Below are positions 11,035 to 20,142 of a DNA stretch of 64,000 bases, piece by piece. Position 1 is the stretch's first letter; every line of letters begins with the position of its first letter. The stretch lies in assembly GCA_038831135.1 (NCBI GenBank), contig JAWBKW010000001.1:69614-133613 (forward strand), in the 5' to 3' direction. A model generated the notes under the pieces. That model saw nothing but the letters and a program-made list of their open reading frames with translations, was not told the DNA's origin and did not search any database. The position numbers and the translations under genes were made by a program. The DNA comes from Sulfolobales archaeon. Its GTDB lineage: Archaea; Thermoproteota; Thermoprotei_A; Sulfolobales; NBVN01.

Positions 11035-12517
11035 AAGGACTCACCACAGTTGGAATTAAATTCTTTAAACCGCTTTTTACTTCATGGATGTACGCTATAT
11101 TTATGAGTAACCCCTCACCTAACTTAGGTCCTATAAGTTGGATCCCAACCGGCAGACCGTTCACTATATCTGCGGGTATAGATATCGCTGGTAAGCCGAT
11201 TAAGTTCACAGTAGATGTGTAGATATCTGATAAATAGAGCTTTATCGGGTCTACTATGGCTTCACTTATTTTAGGAGGTAAAGATGGTGCTGTTGGAGTA
11301 ATAACTACGTCGTATTTACTGAGGATTTTAGTAAACTCATCATGCAGTAATTTCCTAACTTTCGAAGCCTTCAAGTAGTACTGATCGTAGTACCCTGCAC
11401 TTAATACGAATGTCCCCAATAGGATTCTCTTCTTAACTTCGAGGCCGAAGCCGTCACTACGGGCTTCAGCATATACTTCATCCCATGTCTTATTCTCAAC
11501 ATCTAAGTGATAACCGTATCTAATTCCATCGTACCTGGCAAGGTTTGAACTAGCCTCAGCCATAGCTATGATGTAGTAAGTAGGTAACGCATACTTTATG
11601 GTTGGTAGGCTAACTTCGGAGACTTCAAACCCTTCACTCTCTAATCTATAGAGGCTTTTATTGAATGAGGAAATTACGGCGTTATCGACACCCTCATTAA
11701 TACATTCCTTTATTAATGCAACTTTATACTTCCTTATTGGGGTAGGTTTTAAGAACTCGGAGTAATCAACTCCATCAATACGCAGTGATGTACTATCCCT
11801 AGGGTCGTGTCCAGCAATAACACTTAAGATAAGCGCTGCATCACTTACGTTCCTAGCTATAGGTCCGACCTGCTCTAAACTCGTACCGTAAGATATTAAC
11901 CCATACCTACTCACTAAACCGTATGTTGGTTTAATACCTACAGTGCCTGTGTAGGATGCTGGAAGCCTTACAGATCCGCCTGTATCGCTACCTAAGGATA
12001 GAGTTGCTTCGTAAGCAGATACTGCAGTGGCGCTTCCACCTGAAGAACCACCTGGCACCCTACTTAAGTCCCAAGGGTTATGTGTAATGAAGAAGGCACT
12101 ATTTTCTGTGGTAGAACCCATCGCGAACTCATCCATATTGGTTTTACCGATTACTATGCCTCCTTCCTTAGTAATCCTCTCAACTACAGTTGCGTCGTAT
12201 GGCGGTATAAAATCAGACAACATTTTAGATGCGCATGTCGTCCTCAAGTTCTTAGTTGTTATAACATCCTTAACAGCGATTAGAAGCCCTGTTAACCTAC
12301 CTCTAAATCCTTTCTTAATTTTATCGCTGACGAATTGGCAATCCCTTAATACATCATCTAAAGGTCTAAGAGTTATATAGGACCTAATAGATTCTTCGAC
12401 CTTATTTATTACTTCGTAAGTTTCCAATACGTACTCATATATGAGTCCGGGGTCTGAGTGAAATAACTCAACTAGTTCCGTCCCATCCTTATGTATGAGT
12501 CTTTTCAGGAGAATCAC
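11027..12517 (-). CDS. gatA: aspartyl/glutamyl-tRNA amidotransferase subunit A
   Basis: 496 aa. Amidase signature GGSSGGSATAV. Confidence 0.9.
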   Translation of the reverse strand: MILLKRLIHKDGTELVELFHSDPGLIYEYVLETYEVINKVEESIRSYITLRPLDDVLRDCQFVSDKIKKGFRGRLTGLLIAVKDVITTKNLRTTCASKMLSDFIPPYDATVVERITKEGGIVIGKTNMDEFAMGSTTENSAFFITHNPWDLSRVPGGSSGGSATAVSAYEATLSLGSDTGGSVRLPASYTGTVGIKPTYGLVSRYGLISYGTSLEQVGPIARNVSDAALILSVIAGHDPRDSTSLRIDGVDYSEFLKPTPIRKYKVALIKECINEGVDNAVISSFNKSLYRLESEGFEVSEVSLPTIKYALPTYYIIAMAEASSNLARYDGIRYGYHLDVENKTWDEVYAEARSDGFGLEVKKRILLGTFVLSAGYYDQYYLKASKVRKLLHDEFTKILSKYDVVITPTAPSLPPKISEAIVDPIKLYLSDIYTSTVNLIGLPAISIPADIVNGLPVGIQLIGPKLGEGLLINIAYIHEVKSGLKNLIPTVVSPYV

Positions 12518-12820
12518 CTAAGCGGTTTTAGGACCTTTGATATAACCCTCCTGGCTTTCCTTAACATTTAATAATACTTCATCTACACTTAAACCATCTT
12601 TAACTACGTCCTCCCTAAGTAGCGGTTTATCGTTTAAGACCATGAATAAAGGCTCAACTCCTGATAGGTCTAACTCATTAATGCTATTGAAGAAATCAAT
12701 TATTTTCTTCATATCCCTAATTACTACCTCTCTTTCTTCATCCTTAACCTTAATTAATGCTAACCTGGATACCCTATCAAGCCATACCTCTAGCTCATCA
12801 TGCATATATCGATACCACAT
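12518..12820 (-). CDS. gatC: aspartyl/glutamyl-tRNA amidotransferase subunit C
   Basis: 100 aa, abutting gatA. GatC-like size and charge pattern. Confidence 0.75.
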   Translation of the reverse strand: MWYRYMHDELEVWLDRVSRLALIKVKDEEREVVIRDMKKIIDFFNSINELDLSGVEPLFMVLNDKPLLREDVVKDGLSVDEVLLNVKESQEGYIKGPKTA

Positions 12821-12985
12821 TTTAACGAGTTTAAAACCTTAAAAACGTAATATTAAGGATTTTGTAGCATTAATTAACATGGACGGTGTGCGATATGGAT
12901 GTACTTATTAGATCTTATCTTGGTGTGGACGACAGCACTTTCATTGTAGGGGTACGCATCCCTAGTTTTAAAGGTTGGCGAGATA

Positions 12986-13444
12986 ATGCATGTTAAGCTA
13001 GATTCTATTTTCGATACGTTAAGTCCTTTAATTCCTTATGATATGTTGGTTAGTGCTTTTAGTGAGGCCGAAGAACTTCTATCTAATGATGTAGCGTTTT
13101 GGATAGCGACTAAATGTCCCCCGGAGGAAAGATGCATTATTACGAAGCTTAGGTTCCTGTTCAGGTACGACTACGTTAATAGCGTAGTTATGAAAGCGTT
13201 TCTGGAGGTTTACTTAAGTCCTGAAATAACTGTTGGTGAGTTCTTCGGTAACTTAAACCAAGTCATAAGTAAGTTCGGAGGGGAGTTCGAGTTAAGCATA
13301 GGGGAAGTTAAGATAGTTTTTGGGTTATCTGCCACGCGATTAAGCGATGTTTTCAAGATAATTAATTCGTTAAAGGATTCATTAAAATTAGAGTTTCAGT
13401 TAAGTGTGGAGGGTTATGAGGTGTTAGTGAGGGATGAGGGGTAA
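12986..13444 (+). CDS. hypothetical protein
   Basis: 152-aa ORF overlapping the dphB start by 11 nt. No motif recognised. Confidence 0.5.
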   Translation: MHVKLDSIFDTLSPLIPYDMLVSAFSEAEELLSNDVAFWIATKCPPEERCIITKLRFLFRYDYVNSVVMKAFLEVYLSPEITVGEFFGNLNQVISKFGGEFELSIGEVKIVFGLSATRLSDVFKIINSLKDSLKLEFQLSVEGYEVLVRDEG

Positions 13445-14219
13445 GTTATACTTCATAGGTGGAGGTATTTCCTTAGATTACTTAACGGTTAAGGCGTTAA
13501 ACATTCTGAAGAGCGTTAGGAACATCTTTATTGATGGATACACCGGCGTTTTATTAGGTGACGGTGATAGGCTTGCAGAGCTCGTTGGAAGGGAGTATAA
13601 AGTTTTACATAGGAAGGATCTTGAGGATTTTAACGGTGAAGTGATTTTTAAGGCTCTTGAGGATGGTGATGCGGCGCTATTATCGCCTGGAGATGCTTTA
13701 ATCGCAACCACGCATGTAAACTTATTAATAGAGGCGTGGAGGAGGGGGTACGACGTTGAGGTCGTTCCGGGGGTCAGTATAATATCATCATCTATAAGTA
13801 TTTCAGGATTAATGGCGTATAAGTTAGGTAAGATTGTAACCATTACATTTCCGAAAGACGGCATCATTTACGAATATCCGTATGATGTGATTAAGGAGAA
13901 TTCTTTTAGGAATTTACATACTTTGCTCTTATTAGAGATGGATTTAGAGAAAGGAGTATTTATGACTATAGGGGACGCTATTAAAATCCTTTTAGATATT
14001 GAGAGGTTAAGGGGGGAAGGTATTATAAACCATAATAGATTAGCAGTAGGTATTAGTAGATTAGGGAGTGATTGTATGAAGATATGTCCTGGTGGATTAG
14101 GGGAGCTCTTAAATATTGATTTTGGGAGCCCTCCACATACTTTAATAATAACTTCGCCGAAACTCCACTTTATTGAGGAGGAAGCTCTGAAGGTGATTAG
14201 GAATGTCTACTGTAGATGA
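13434..14219 (+). CDS. dphB: diphthine synthase
   Basis: 261 aa. Tetrapyrrole-methylase fold with N-terminal LYFIGGGI...YLTVKAL and the length typical of Dph5. Confidence 0.85.
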   Translation: MRGKLYFIGGGISLDYLTVKALNILKSVRNIFIDGYTGVLLGDGDRLAELVGREYKVLHRKDLEDFNGEVIFKALEDGDAALLSPGDALIATTHVNLLIEAWRRGYDVEVVPGVSIISSSISISGLMAYKLGKIVTITFPKDGIIYEYPYDVIKENSFRNLHTLLLLEMDLEKGVFMTIGDAIKILLDIERLRGEGIINHNRLAVGISRLGSDCMKICPGGLGELLNIDFGSPPHTLIITSPKLHFIEEEALKVIRNVYCR

Positions 14220-14904
14220 TGGCTTAGCTAGTAGGGTATTAAAGTACATCATGGTTGTGGAGAAGGTTTTAAGTAGGATTAAGGATGACGATGTTAGAAC
14301 AGTTGACGGAAGAGAAATCCTTAAATTGGTTAGGTCATATGTCAGCGACTCTAGATACTACTTCGGTTTAGGGGACTACATTACGTCCTTATCATGTATA
14401 GCGTATGCTGAAGGTTTGTTAGATGCTTTAAGATTATTAAATATGGTTAGTTTTGATTGGGAATATCCTAAGGTGAGGCGTGTACTTGTTGGTGGAACTT
14501 TCGACATCATTCATTCCGGGCATATCCATTACTTAAGTGAGGCGTCTAAGCTTGGCTTAGTGTACGCTGTTGTGGCTAGAGACTCAACTGTTAGAAGAGT
14601 TAAGGGTAGGGAACCCATAAATGATGAGTTAAGTAGATTGGAGGTACTTAACTCGTTGAAGTACGTATATAAGGCGATCTTGGGTAACGCGGAAGACATA
14701 TTTAAGAGTGTTGAGGCGGTGAAGCCTGACCTAATAGTATTAGGTCCTGACCAACCAATTGATGAAGATTCGTTGATAAAGAACGCCTCAAGTAAAGGAT
14801 TAAATATTGAGGTCTTAAGACTTTCAAGTAGGTATAAGGCAGATATAGCGAGTACATCAAAAATAATTAATAAGGTCTTAGAGCTTTACTGCAGACGGGA
14901 TTAG
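14203..14904 (+). CDS. FMN adenylyltransferase (RibL-like cytidylyltransferase domain) with N-terminal DUF357-like domain
   Basis: 233 aa. The C-terminal half (GGTFDIIHSGHIHYL...VARD..V...KGR.PI...LGPDQ) closely resembles archaeal FAD synthase RibL. The N-terminal ~90 aa form a helical extra domain. Confidence 0.7.
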   Translation: MSTVDDGLASRVLKYIMVVEKVLSRIKDDDVRTVDGREILKLVRSYVSDSRYYFGLGDYITSLSCIAYAEGLLDALRLLNMVSFDWEYPKVRRVLVGGTFDIIHSGHIHYLSEASKLGLVYAVVARDSTVRRVKGREPINDELSRLEVLNSLKYVYKAILGNAEDIFKSVEAVKPDLIVLGPDQPIDEDSLIKNASSKGLNIEVLRLSSRYKADIASTSKIINKVLELYCRRD

Positions 14905-14973
14905 TGATGAAGGGTGTAAGCACTGAATAAGGTGATGTAATAAATAATTTATCTGTCTGAGTTATTGGATTAG

Positions 14974-15717
14974 TTACTTAGTCGCTACCTTACTTCCTTT
15001 CCTCCTACCAGTCCTCTTAGAGGCTATATGACCTACCTTCCTGCCTGGAGGCGCGTTCCTTGATACTGTAGATGGTCTAGAGACGCTCTGGTGCGAACCT
15101 CCTCCATGCGGGTGCGATACAACGTTCATAGCAACACCCCTAACTTTAGGCCATTTCTTAGCTTTAACTTTCCATTTATGGAATGATGCTCCAGCCTTTA
15201 GAAGAGGTTTTTCAATCCGTCCAGCACCGGCAGGTACACCTACAGTAGCTCTAGCCGAACTTAGAATACTTTTGCTACTACCACTAGGTAACTGAACGAT
15301 GGTGTAGTTGCCAGACCTACCCAATATTGTTGCATAGCTGCCTGCCTGCCTTGAGAGTTTACCGCCATCACCAGGATTTAACTCAATATTATATACTTTA
15401 GTACCCTCCGGTATGTTACTTAATGGTAAAGTATTTCCAACACTTACAGGTGCTTGAGGACCTATGCTAACTTCCTGACCTACATACATGCCTTCAGCAG
15501 CAGGTATATAGTACTCAACCCCATTAGAGAGTCTGATATGGGCTAGCGGTACCCACCTACCAGGGTCATGTATTAGCTCTAGAACAACACCACTTAATGT
15601 TTCATTGGTTGGTGGTGGGTATTTAGCAGGCGCCACATGTAGGTGTTTTAGATTACGGAATGTTGGTGTTCCTCTCCCCATTCTCTGAGCTAGTATCTTC
15701 TTACCCATATACAGCAC
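14974..15717 (-). CDS. rpl2: ribosomal protein uL2
   Basis: 247 aa. Contains SHPHGGG. Confidence 0.95.
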   Translation of the reverse strand: MLYMGKKILAQRMGRGTPTFRNLKHLHVAPAKYPPPTNETLSGVVLELIHDPGRWVPLAHIRLSNGVEYYIPAAEGMYVGQEVSIGPQAPVSVGNTLPLSNIPEGTKVYNIELNPGDGGKLSRQAGSYATILGRSGNYTIVQLPSGSSKSILSSARATVGVPAGAGRIEKPLLKAGASFHKWKVKAKKWPKVRGVAMNVVSHPHGGGSHQSVSRPSTVSRNAPPGRKVGHIASKRTGRRKGSKVATK

Positions 15718-15718
15718 C

Positions 15719-15982
15719 CTATAAAATGCCTAGTTTAGTAGCTACTTCCGAAGCCTTAAATTCCGGTTTTAATCTAATGAACGCCTTTTTCTCTCCCTTA
15801 GGCGTTATCAACGTCCTTACATTATCAACCTTAACGCTAAACAATTTCTCTACCGCGTATTTGATCTCTTCCTTAGTTGAGTCTATGTCTGCTATAAATG
15901 TGAGGGTGTTATACTTCTCTATATAGTTTAGGGACTTTTCAGAGGTTACAGGCCTTATCAGTACTTTTGTAGGTTCTTTCAA
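15719..15982 (-). CDS. rpl23: ribosomal protein uL23
   Basis: 87 aa, located between L4 and L2. Confidence 0.9.
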   Translation of the reverse strand: MKEPTKVLIRPVTSEKSLNYIEKYNTLTFIADIDSTKEEIKYAVEKLFSVKVDNVRTLITPKGEKKAFIRLKPEFKASEVATKLGIL

Positions 15983-16800
15983 AGCGTTACCACCTCATAC
16001 TTCTTCCTAATGATATCTAAAGCCTTTAACGTGATTAACGTTAACCTCCCTGGAAGACCTCCAGGAGCTAAGACCTCCACATTTAAAGTATTTGCTGGAA
16101 TAACATCTACACCTGGTAAGTTCCTAATAGCCCTTACTACAGGTACTTCATCGCTTGAGACAAGAACTAAGAGGGATTTAGGTTCCCTGTACTTCCTACC
16201 TCTCATTTTACCTTTACCTGAAACTATCTTAATCCCTTCTTGAGCCCTAACGACGTCATCCCACAATTTAAGATTAGTTAAAACCTTCTTAGCTTCGGAA
16301 GTTATGTTTATGTTTTCGAAGTCATCTACAACTAATATAGGTAATTGTTCATGATTTACGACATGCCCTCTGGCCTTAACCATGGACGCTTCGGAAGTAG
16401 CTGAGAGTGCTGAGGCAATAGCTATAAGTCTTTCCTTGTTGTTTACCTCTTCATGTATTCTGGCATTAACTTTAGGTGGATGTGCTAACCTACCACCTTT
16501 AGCCATAGGTGCTATTACGGCCCTACCATTATCTAATCTCGGGACCCTAGCCATGCTACGATTAATGCCCCAACTCTCACCAACTCTTCTTTTACCAGCT
16601 AGTGGATCTCTCCCCTTAGGTTGGATCCTAGCTGTGAGGGATGCATGGAAGGCCCTCCTAATGATGTCTTTCCTGATAGGGTAGCTAAATACTGGTGGTA
16701 GCTCAACTTCATTTACGACATTACCGTTTAGGTCGTAAACACCTGATCTTTTGTCTTTTGAATTAGTTAGTAATAATAATCTGTATGCCACCTTAGACAC
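15979..16800 (-). CDS. rpl4: ribosomal protein uL4
   Basis: 273 aa. Operon position and a basic loop region support the call. Confidence 0.9.
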   Translation of the reverse strand: MSKVAYRLLLLTNSKDKRSGVYDLNGNVVNEVELPPVFSYPIRKDIIRRAFHASLTARIQPKGRDPLAGKRRVGESWGINRSMARVPRLDNGRAVIAPMAKGGRLAHPPKVNARIHEEVNNKERLIAIASALSATSEASMVKARGHVVNHEQLPILVVDDFENINITSEAKKVLTNLKLWDDVVRAQEGIKIVSGKGKMRGRKYREPKSLLVLVSSDEVPVVRAIRNLPGVDVIPANTLNVEVLAPGGLPGRLTLITLKALDIIRKKYEVVTL

Positions 16801-17817
16801 CTACATCTTACTTTCTAAGCTTAGGTACGTGAGCGTTGGTGCCCCAGGCGGTATCCAGGTGGGAGGTCTTATAGGATGTCTTAGAACTAAGGGTCTCTTA
16901 GGTACACCCATGACGCTGCCCTTAATTAAGACGTAGTCTGATTTGACAAGTCCGTAATGTGGGAACCCACCCGAGGGTACTACCTCATACCAATTACTGC
17001 CTATCTTGATAATCCTTTTATTAAACTCTGTACGTCTGTGGAAGCCTAACTGACCTGCCTGAGGAACTGTACTTAAGGCACCCATTGTCGGGCTTCGAGA
17101 ACCTATCCTCCTACTTCCTTTTCGATGCTTATGCCACCGAGGTAGTTCCTTAACACCAAATCTCTTAATGACTCCTTGAAAGCCCTTCCCCTTTGTTACG
17201 CCTATGATGTCTATGAATTGCCCTTCTGTGAAAACATCTGAGACTCTTACCTCCTTACCAAGGATCGATGTTACGTAGTTTAGCTGCTTTGTTAGGTCTC
17301 CACCTCCTACCTTAACCTCAAGTAAGTCGGGTTTCTTCTTACTTAGACCTCCTGCAAGTTTCGGCTGAGTAGCTACTATTACTGAAATCCTGTTAATAGC
17401 CTCTATATGTTCGTTAATGAATGAGAGTTTCTTATCTAGGTCACCGATTTTTAAATTAGGGATCTTCCTCCAAAGCTCTAGGTCTTTAGGAGGCTCGATC
17501 CAACCTTCGTAGAAAGTCTGCGAACCCCACATACCTAAACTACTATAAGCCCTAATAGCTACCGGAACTATAGGTGGGGTCTCCAAAACAGTTGCCGGTA
17601 TAACTATTTCCCTACCGCTGGTTAATGAATTAGGGGAATCATCAATTATTAATGCGTGAGTCATACCGACCTTATAACCTATAAATGCGAGTAACTTAGG
17701 ATCTTCTATATTTAATTCAGGCCATGTCCTTACCCTAGGGAGAAGTCTACTAGCTCTCTTCCTAGGTCTAAATGCTAAGCTCCCTCTATGAGGTGCTGAG
17801 GTCTTCCTACGTGCCAT
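16801..17817 (-). CDS. rpl3: ribosomal protein uL3
   Basis: 338 aa. N-terminal PRRGSLAFRPRKRA-like sequence and an FQG motif. Confidence 0.95.
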   Translation of the reverse strand: MARRKTSAPHRGSLAFRPRKRASRLLPRVRTWPELNIEDPKLLAFIGYKVGMTHALIIDDSPNSLTSGREIVIPATVLETPPIVPVAIRAYSSLGMWGSQTFYEGWIEPPKDLELWRKIPNLKIGDLDKKLSFINEHIEAINRISVIVATQPKLAGGLSKKKPDLLEVKVGGGDLTKQLNYVTSILGKEVRVSDVFTEGQFIDIIGVTKGKGFQGVIKRFGVKELPRWHKHRKGSRRIGSRSPTMGALSTVPQAGQLGFHRRTEFNKRIIKIGSNWYEVVPSGGFPHYGLVKSDYVLIKGSVMGVPKRPLVLRHPIRPPTWIPPGAPTLTYLSLESKM

Positions 17818-18190
17818 CTAATCCACACCACGCTAAGTATTACAGTACTTTTACCTTCTTAAAAGTTTTTCATCTAATATATACTTGATGCGCCTTTAGA
17901 AGATAATGCCTAACACCGTGTAGTGCATCAGAGTGCTTACTTCATCAACTACTTCAGTACTCGGCAAATACATCATCTAAATACTCTTATAAACTAGCAA
18001 GTATAAATCCTTATTAGGTGGTTCAAGTGGGTGGTAGACAGAAAACAACGTTATTTATGACTGAAGGAAAGTCAAGCAAAGAAGCTACTCCAAAAGAGGA
18101 GGAGAAGACACCTAAGAAAAGTAAGAAGTAATTGATAATTTATTTGAACGGATTTTTAAATAAAAATCCAAAGATGCTTGCTAAGGTTTT

Positions 18191-19093
18191 ATGATGGAAG
18201 GTCTGTACGTTTGGCCACCACCTAAGCGTAAGGTTGGAATATCCGTAGTTATACCTTGTTCGATTCTAGCGGTAGAGCAAAGCCTCTACGAAAAAACTAT
18301 ACTTTTAGGTTTTTTAGCTAGAGCTCTAGCGATATTCAGAGTTGATGAAATTCTAGTATACGTGGATGAGGAATGTAAGGATAATAACGTAAACATCATT
18401 ACAGATGTTATGGAGTACCTTCTAACACCACCGTATTTAAGGAAAAAAACAATTAGTAAAAAGGAAACATTACGTTACGTCGGGGTTCTACCTCCTCTAA
18501 ACATATCTACCCACCCATCAAGTGATGAGGGGTTGGACATCTTACCGTTTAGGGAGGGAGTTCTACTTAAGGTTAGGGGTAGATATGCCAAGGTTGATGT
18601 AGGATTGGGGGAGAACCTAATTGCTGAGATCCCCGTAGATTTAATTAAGGAGGTGGATTTACGGGTAGGTTCGAAAGTTTATGTTAAAGTCCTTCGTAAA
18701 AAACCTTTAAAAGGGGTCTTAGTTACTGAGCGGGAAGTTCCGTATTATTTAGGTTTTAAAGCAAGTATTATAAAGTCAATAGATCCCATTATTGAGAGAT
18801 TAGAAGATCCGATGGTTCTAGGTGTGCTTACTACTAAACGTGGTGACGACATATCTAAACTAGTTAATGAGTTAGGGAATAATTTCAAGGACATTCTACT
18901 GATGTTTGGAAATTATAGAAAGGACTTCGACGAATTAGTTAATAGCGATGAGTCAACTACATTAAATAAACTCGTTAGAGTTCGTATTAATACAATACCT
19001 ATTCAAGGGGTACGTAGTGTGAGAACGGTGGAGGCCTTATATGCGACCTTAGCTCTAATCAACGAGTTTATATATCGTCACGGAATTCATTAA
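18191..19093 (+). CDS. SPOUT-superfamily putative RNA methyltransferase (DUF171/COG2106-like, with OB-fold insert)
   Basis: 300 aa. Contains SVVIPCS...ARALAIFRVDEILVY, PPYLRK, and C-terminal IQGVRSVRTVEALYATLALIN. This family commonly neighbours rpl3 in archaea. Confidence 0.65.
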   Translation: MMEGLYVWPPPKRKVGISVVIPCSILAVEQSLYEKTILLGFLARALAIFRVDEILVYVDEECKDNNVNIITDVMEYLLTPPYLRKKTISKKETLRYVGVLPPLNISTHPSSDEGLDILPFREGVLLKVRGRYAKVDVGLGENLIAEIPVDLIKEVDLRVGSKVYVKVLRKKPLKGVLVTEREVPYYLGFKASIIKSIDPIIERLEDPMVLGVLTTKRGDDISKLVNELGNNFKDILLMFGNYRKDFDELVNSDESTTLNKLVRVRINTIPIQGVRSVRTVEALYATLALINEFIYRHGIH

Positions 19094-19228
19094 CGTAGGT
19101 GTTATTCGATTTGAAACTTCGTTCTCTAATTCCTTTTAATTATTATTGTTGGGCTTAGTAGATTGTTAAGTGAGGATACGCATCTAAGGGAGCTACCGGG
19201 ATCCTTAACTTGTTAGATGGGCTTTAGC

Positions 19229-19243
19229 GTTAAGATTTATAAG
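19229..19243 (+). promoter_or_regulatory. BRE/TATA promoter of rps19 (GTTAAGATTTATAAG)
   Basis: TTTATAAG at 19236-19243 lies about 31 nt upstream of the ATG at 19274, which predicts a leaderless or very short-leader mRNA. Confidence 0.55.
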
Positions 19244-19264
19244 TAATTTATTCAGTTTTACTTA

Positions 19265-19750
19265 GTGAATGATATGGCTAGTACCAGTATTGATATAGCA
19301 CCTGAGTGGAAGTCGTTCAGGTATAGAGGCAAGACCTTAGAGGAGCTTATGAATATGTCCATGGATGAGTTGATTCAGTTACTGCCTTCTAGAGCTAGGA
19401 GGTCCTTACTTAGGGAATCGGACTCTAACGTACGTGCCCGTAGAGTTCAAGTAGGTTATAAGGAATCCCCCAGGATGAAGTTATTAGAGAAGGTGATGAA
19501 GGCGCGGAAATTGGCGAGTGAAGGTAAGAACGTAATTATAAAAACCCATGTTAGGGATATGGTGGTTCTTCCAGTAATGGTTGGGCTAACAATCGCAGTC
19601 TACAACGGTAAGGAATATATCCCAGTTAAGGTAGCTCCTGAAATGATTGGGCACTTCCTAGGTGAGTTCTCCCCGACTTGTAAGAAGGTTGAACACGGAG
19701 AGCCCGGACTAAAGGCTACAAGGAGTACGTTATTTGTTGCTATGAAGTGA
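19265..19750 (+). CDS. rps19: ribosomal protein uS19
   Basis: Contains [11 protein letters not shown]...LPSRARRSL and VYNGKEY. The likely true start is the ATG at 19274. Carries a ~13-15 aa lineage-specific insertion after RRSL. Confidence 0.9.
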   Translation: MNDMASTSIDIAPEWKSFRYRGKTLEELMNMSMDELIQLLPSRARRSLLRESDSNVRARRVQVGYKESPRMKLLEKVMKARKLASEGKNVIIKTHVRDMVVLPVMVGLTIAVYNGKEYIPVKVAPEMIGHFLGEFSPTCKKVEHGEPGLKATRSTLFVAMK

Positions 19751-20134
19751 TTCTAATATAAAGTTTCTTAATTTCATCATATCTCTTTGGGCTAGTACGA
19801 ATTTATACGTCCCAAACCTAACTTTTAGATAAACATAGTATATGTTGGGGTTCTTACTGACGTACTTATCGAAGAGTTTTAGGAAAAGTTCGGAGTTTGC
19901 TATAACTCTTCTACATTCTAATCCTGTAATATCGTCCATACTTATTAGAAGTGAGGACCCTCTGGCATCTCTAACTATCTCGTACTCCCTCAAGGAGAGG
20001 GACGTCTTCCTATCAATTAACTTTAATGGTATCTTCCCCTTCAGTACTATCTCTAAATAATTATCATTAATTACTATACTACACTGCTCGATTAAATCAT
20101 TATCTATGTAGAAAACTTTACGTAAAACCTTCAT
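19730..20134 (-). CDS. hypothetical protein co-transcribed with rtcB
   Basis: 134-aa ORF starting 8 nt after the rtcB stop. No archease motif or other known motif recognised. Confidence 0.55.
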   Translation of the reverse strand: MKVLRKVFYIDNDLIEQCSIVINDNYLEIVLKGKIPLKLIDRKTSLSLREYEIVRDARGSSLLISMDDITGLECRRVIANSELFLKLFDKYVSKNPNIYYVYLKVRFGTYKFVLAQRDMMKLRNFILESLHSNK

Positions 20135-20142
20135 TGTAATTT

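Noticed and set aside
12895-12996. 33-aa ORF (MDVLIRSYLGVDDSTFIVGVRIPSFKGWRDNAC) overlapping the start of the 152-aa gene in another frame. It could be a frameshifted N-terminal extension.
   Set aside because: No motif or conservation can be assessed, the 152-aa ORF has its own ATG, and there is no slippery sequence at the junction.
18027-18131. A small Lys/Glu-rich ORF (24 aa from the ATG at 18057, MTEGKSSKEATPKEEEKTPKKSKK, or 34 aa from the GTG at 18027) between rpl3 and the SPOUT gene.
   Set aside because: It is very short and low-complexity, with no resemblance to known small ribosomal proteins. It might be real, but it cannot be supported from sequence alone.
19400-19470. A ~13-15 aa insertion in uS19 ([13 protein letters not shown] after RRSLLR) with local pairing (GACUCUA/UAGAGUU, ACUU/AAGU, CCUU/AAGG). 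I considered it as a second in-frame BHB intron.
   Set aside because: The unpaired regions flanking the 4-bp helix are 8 and 7 nt rather than 3 and 3, there is no stop codon, and the reading frame is intact. A lineage-specific protein insertion is the simpler explanation. RNA-seq junction reads would settle it.
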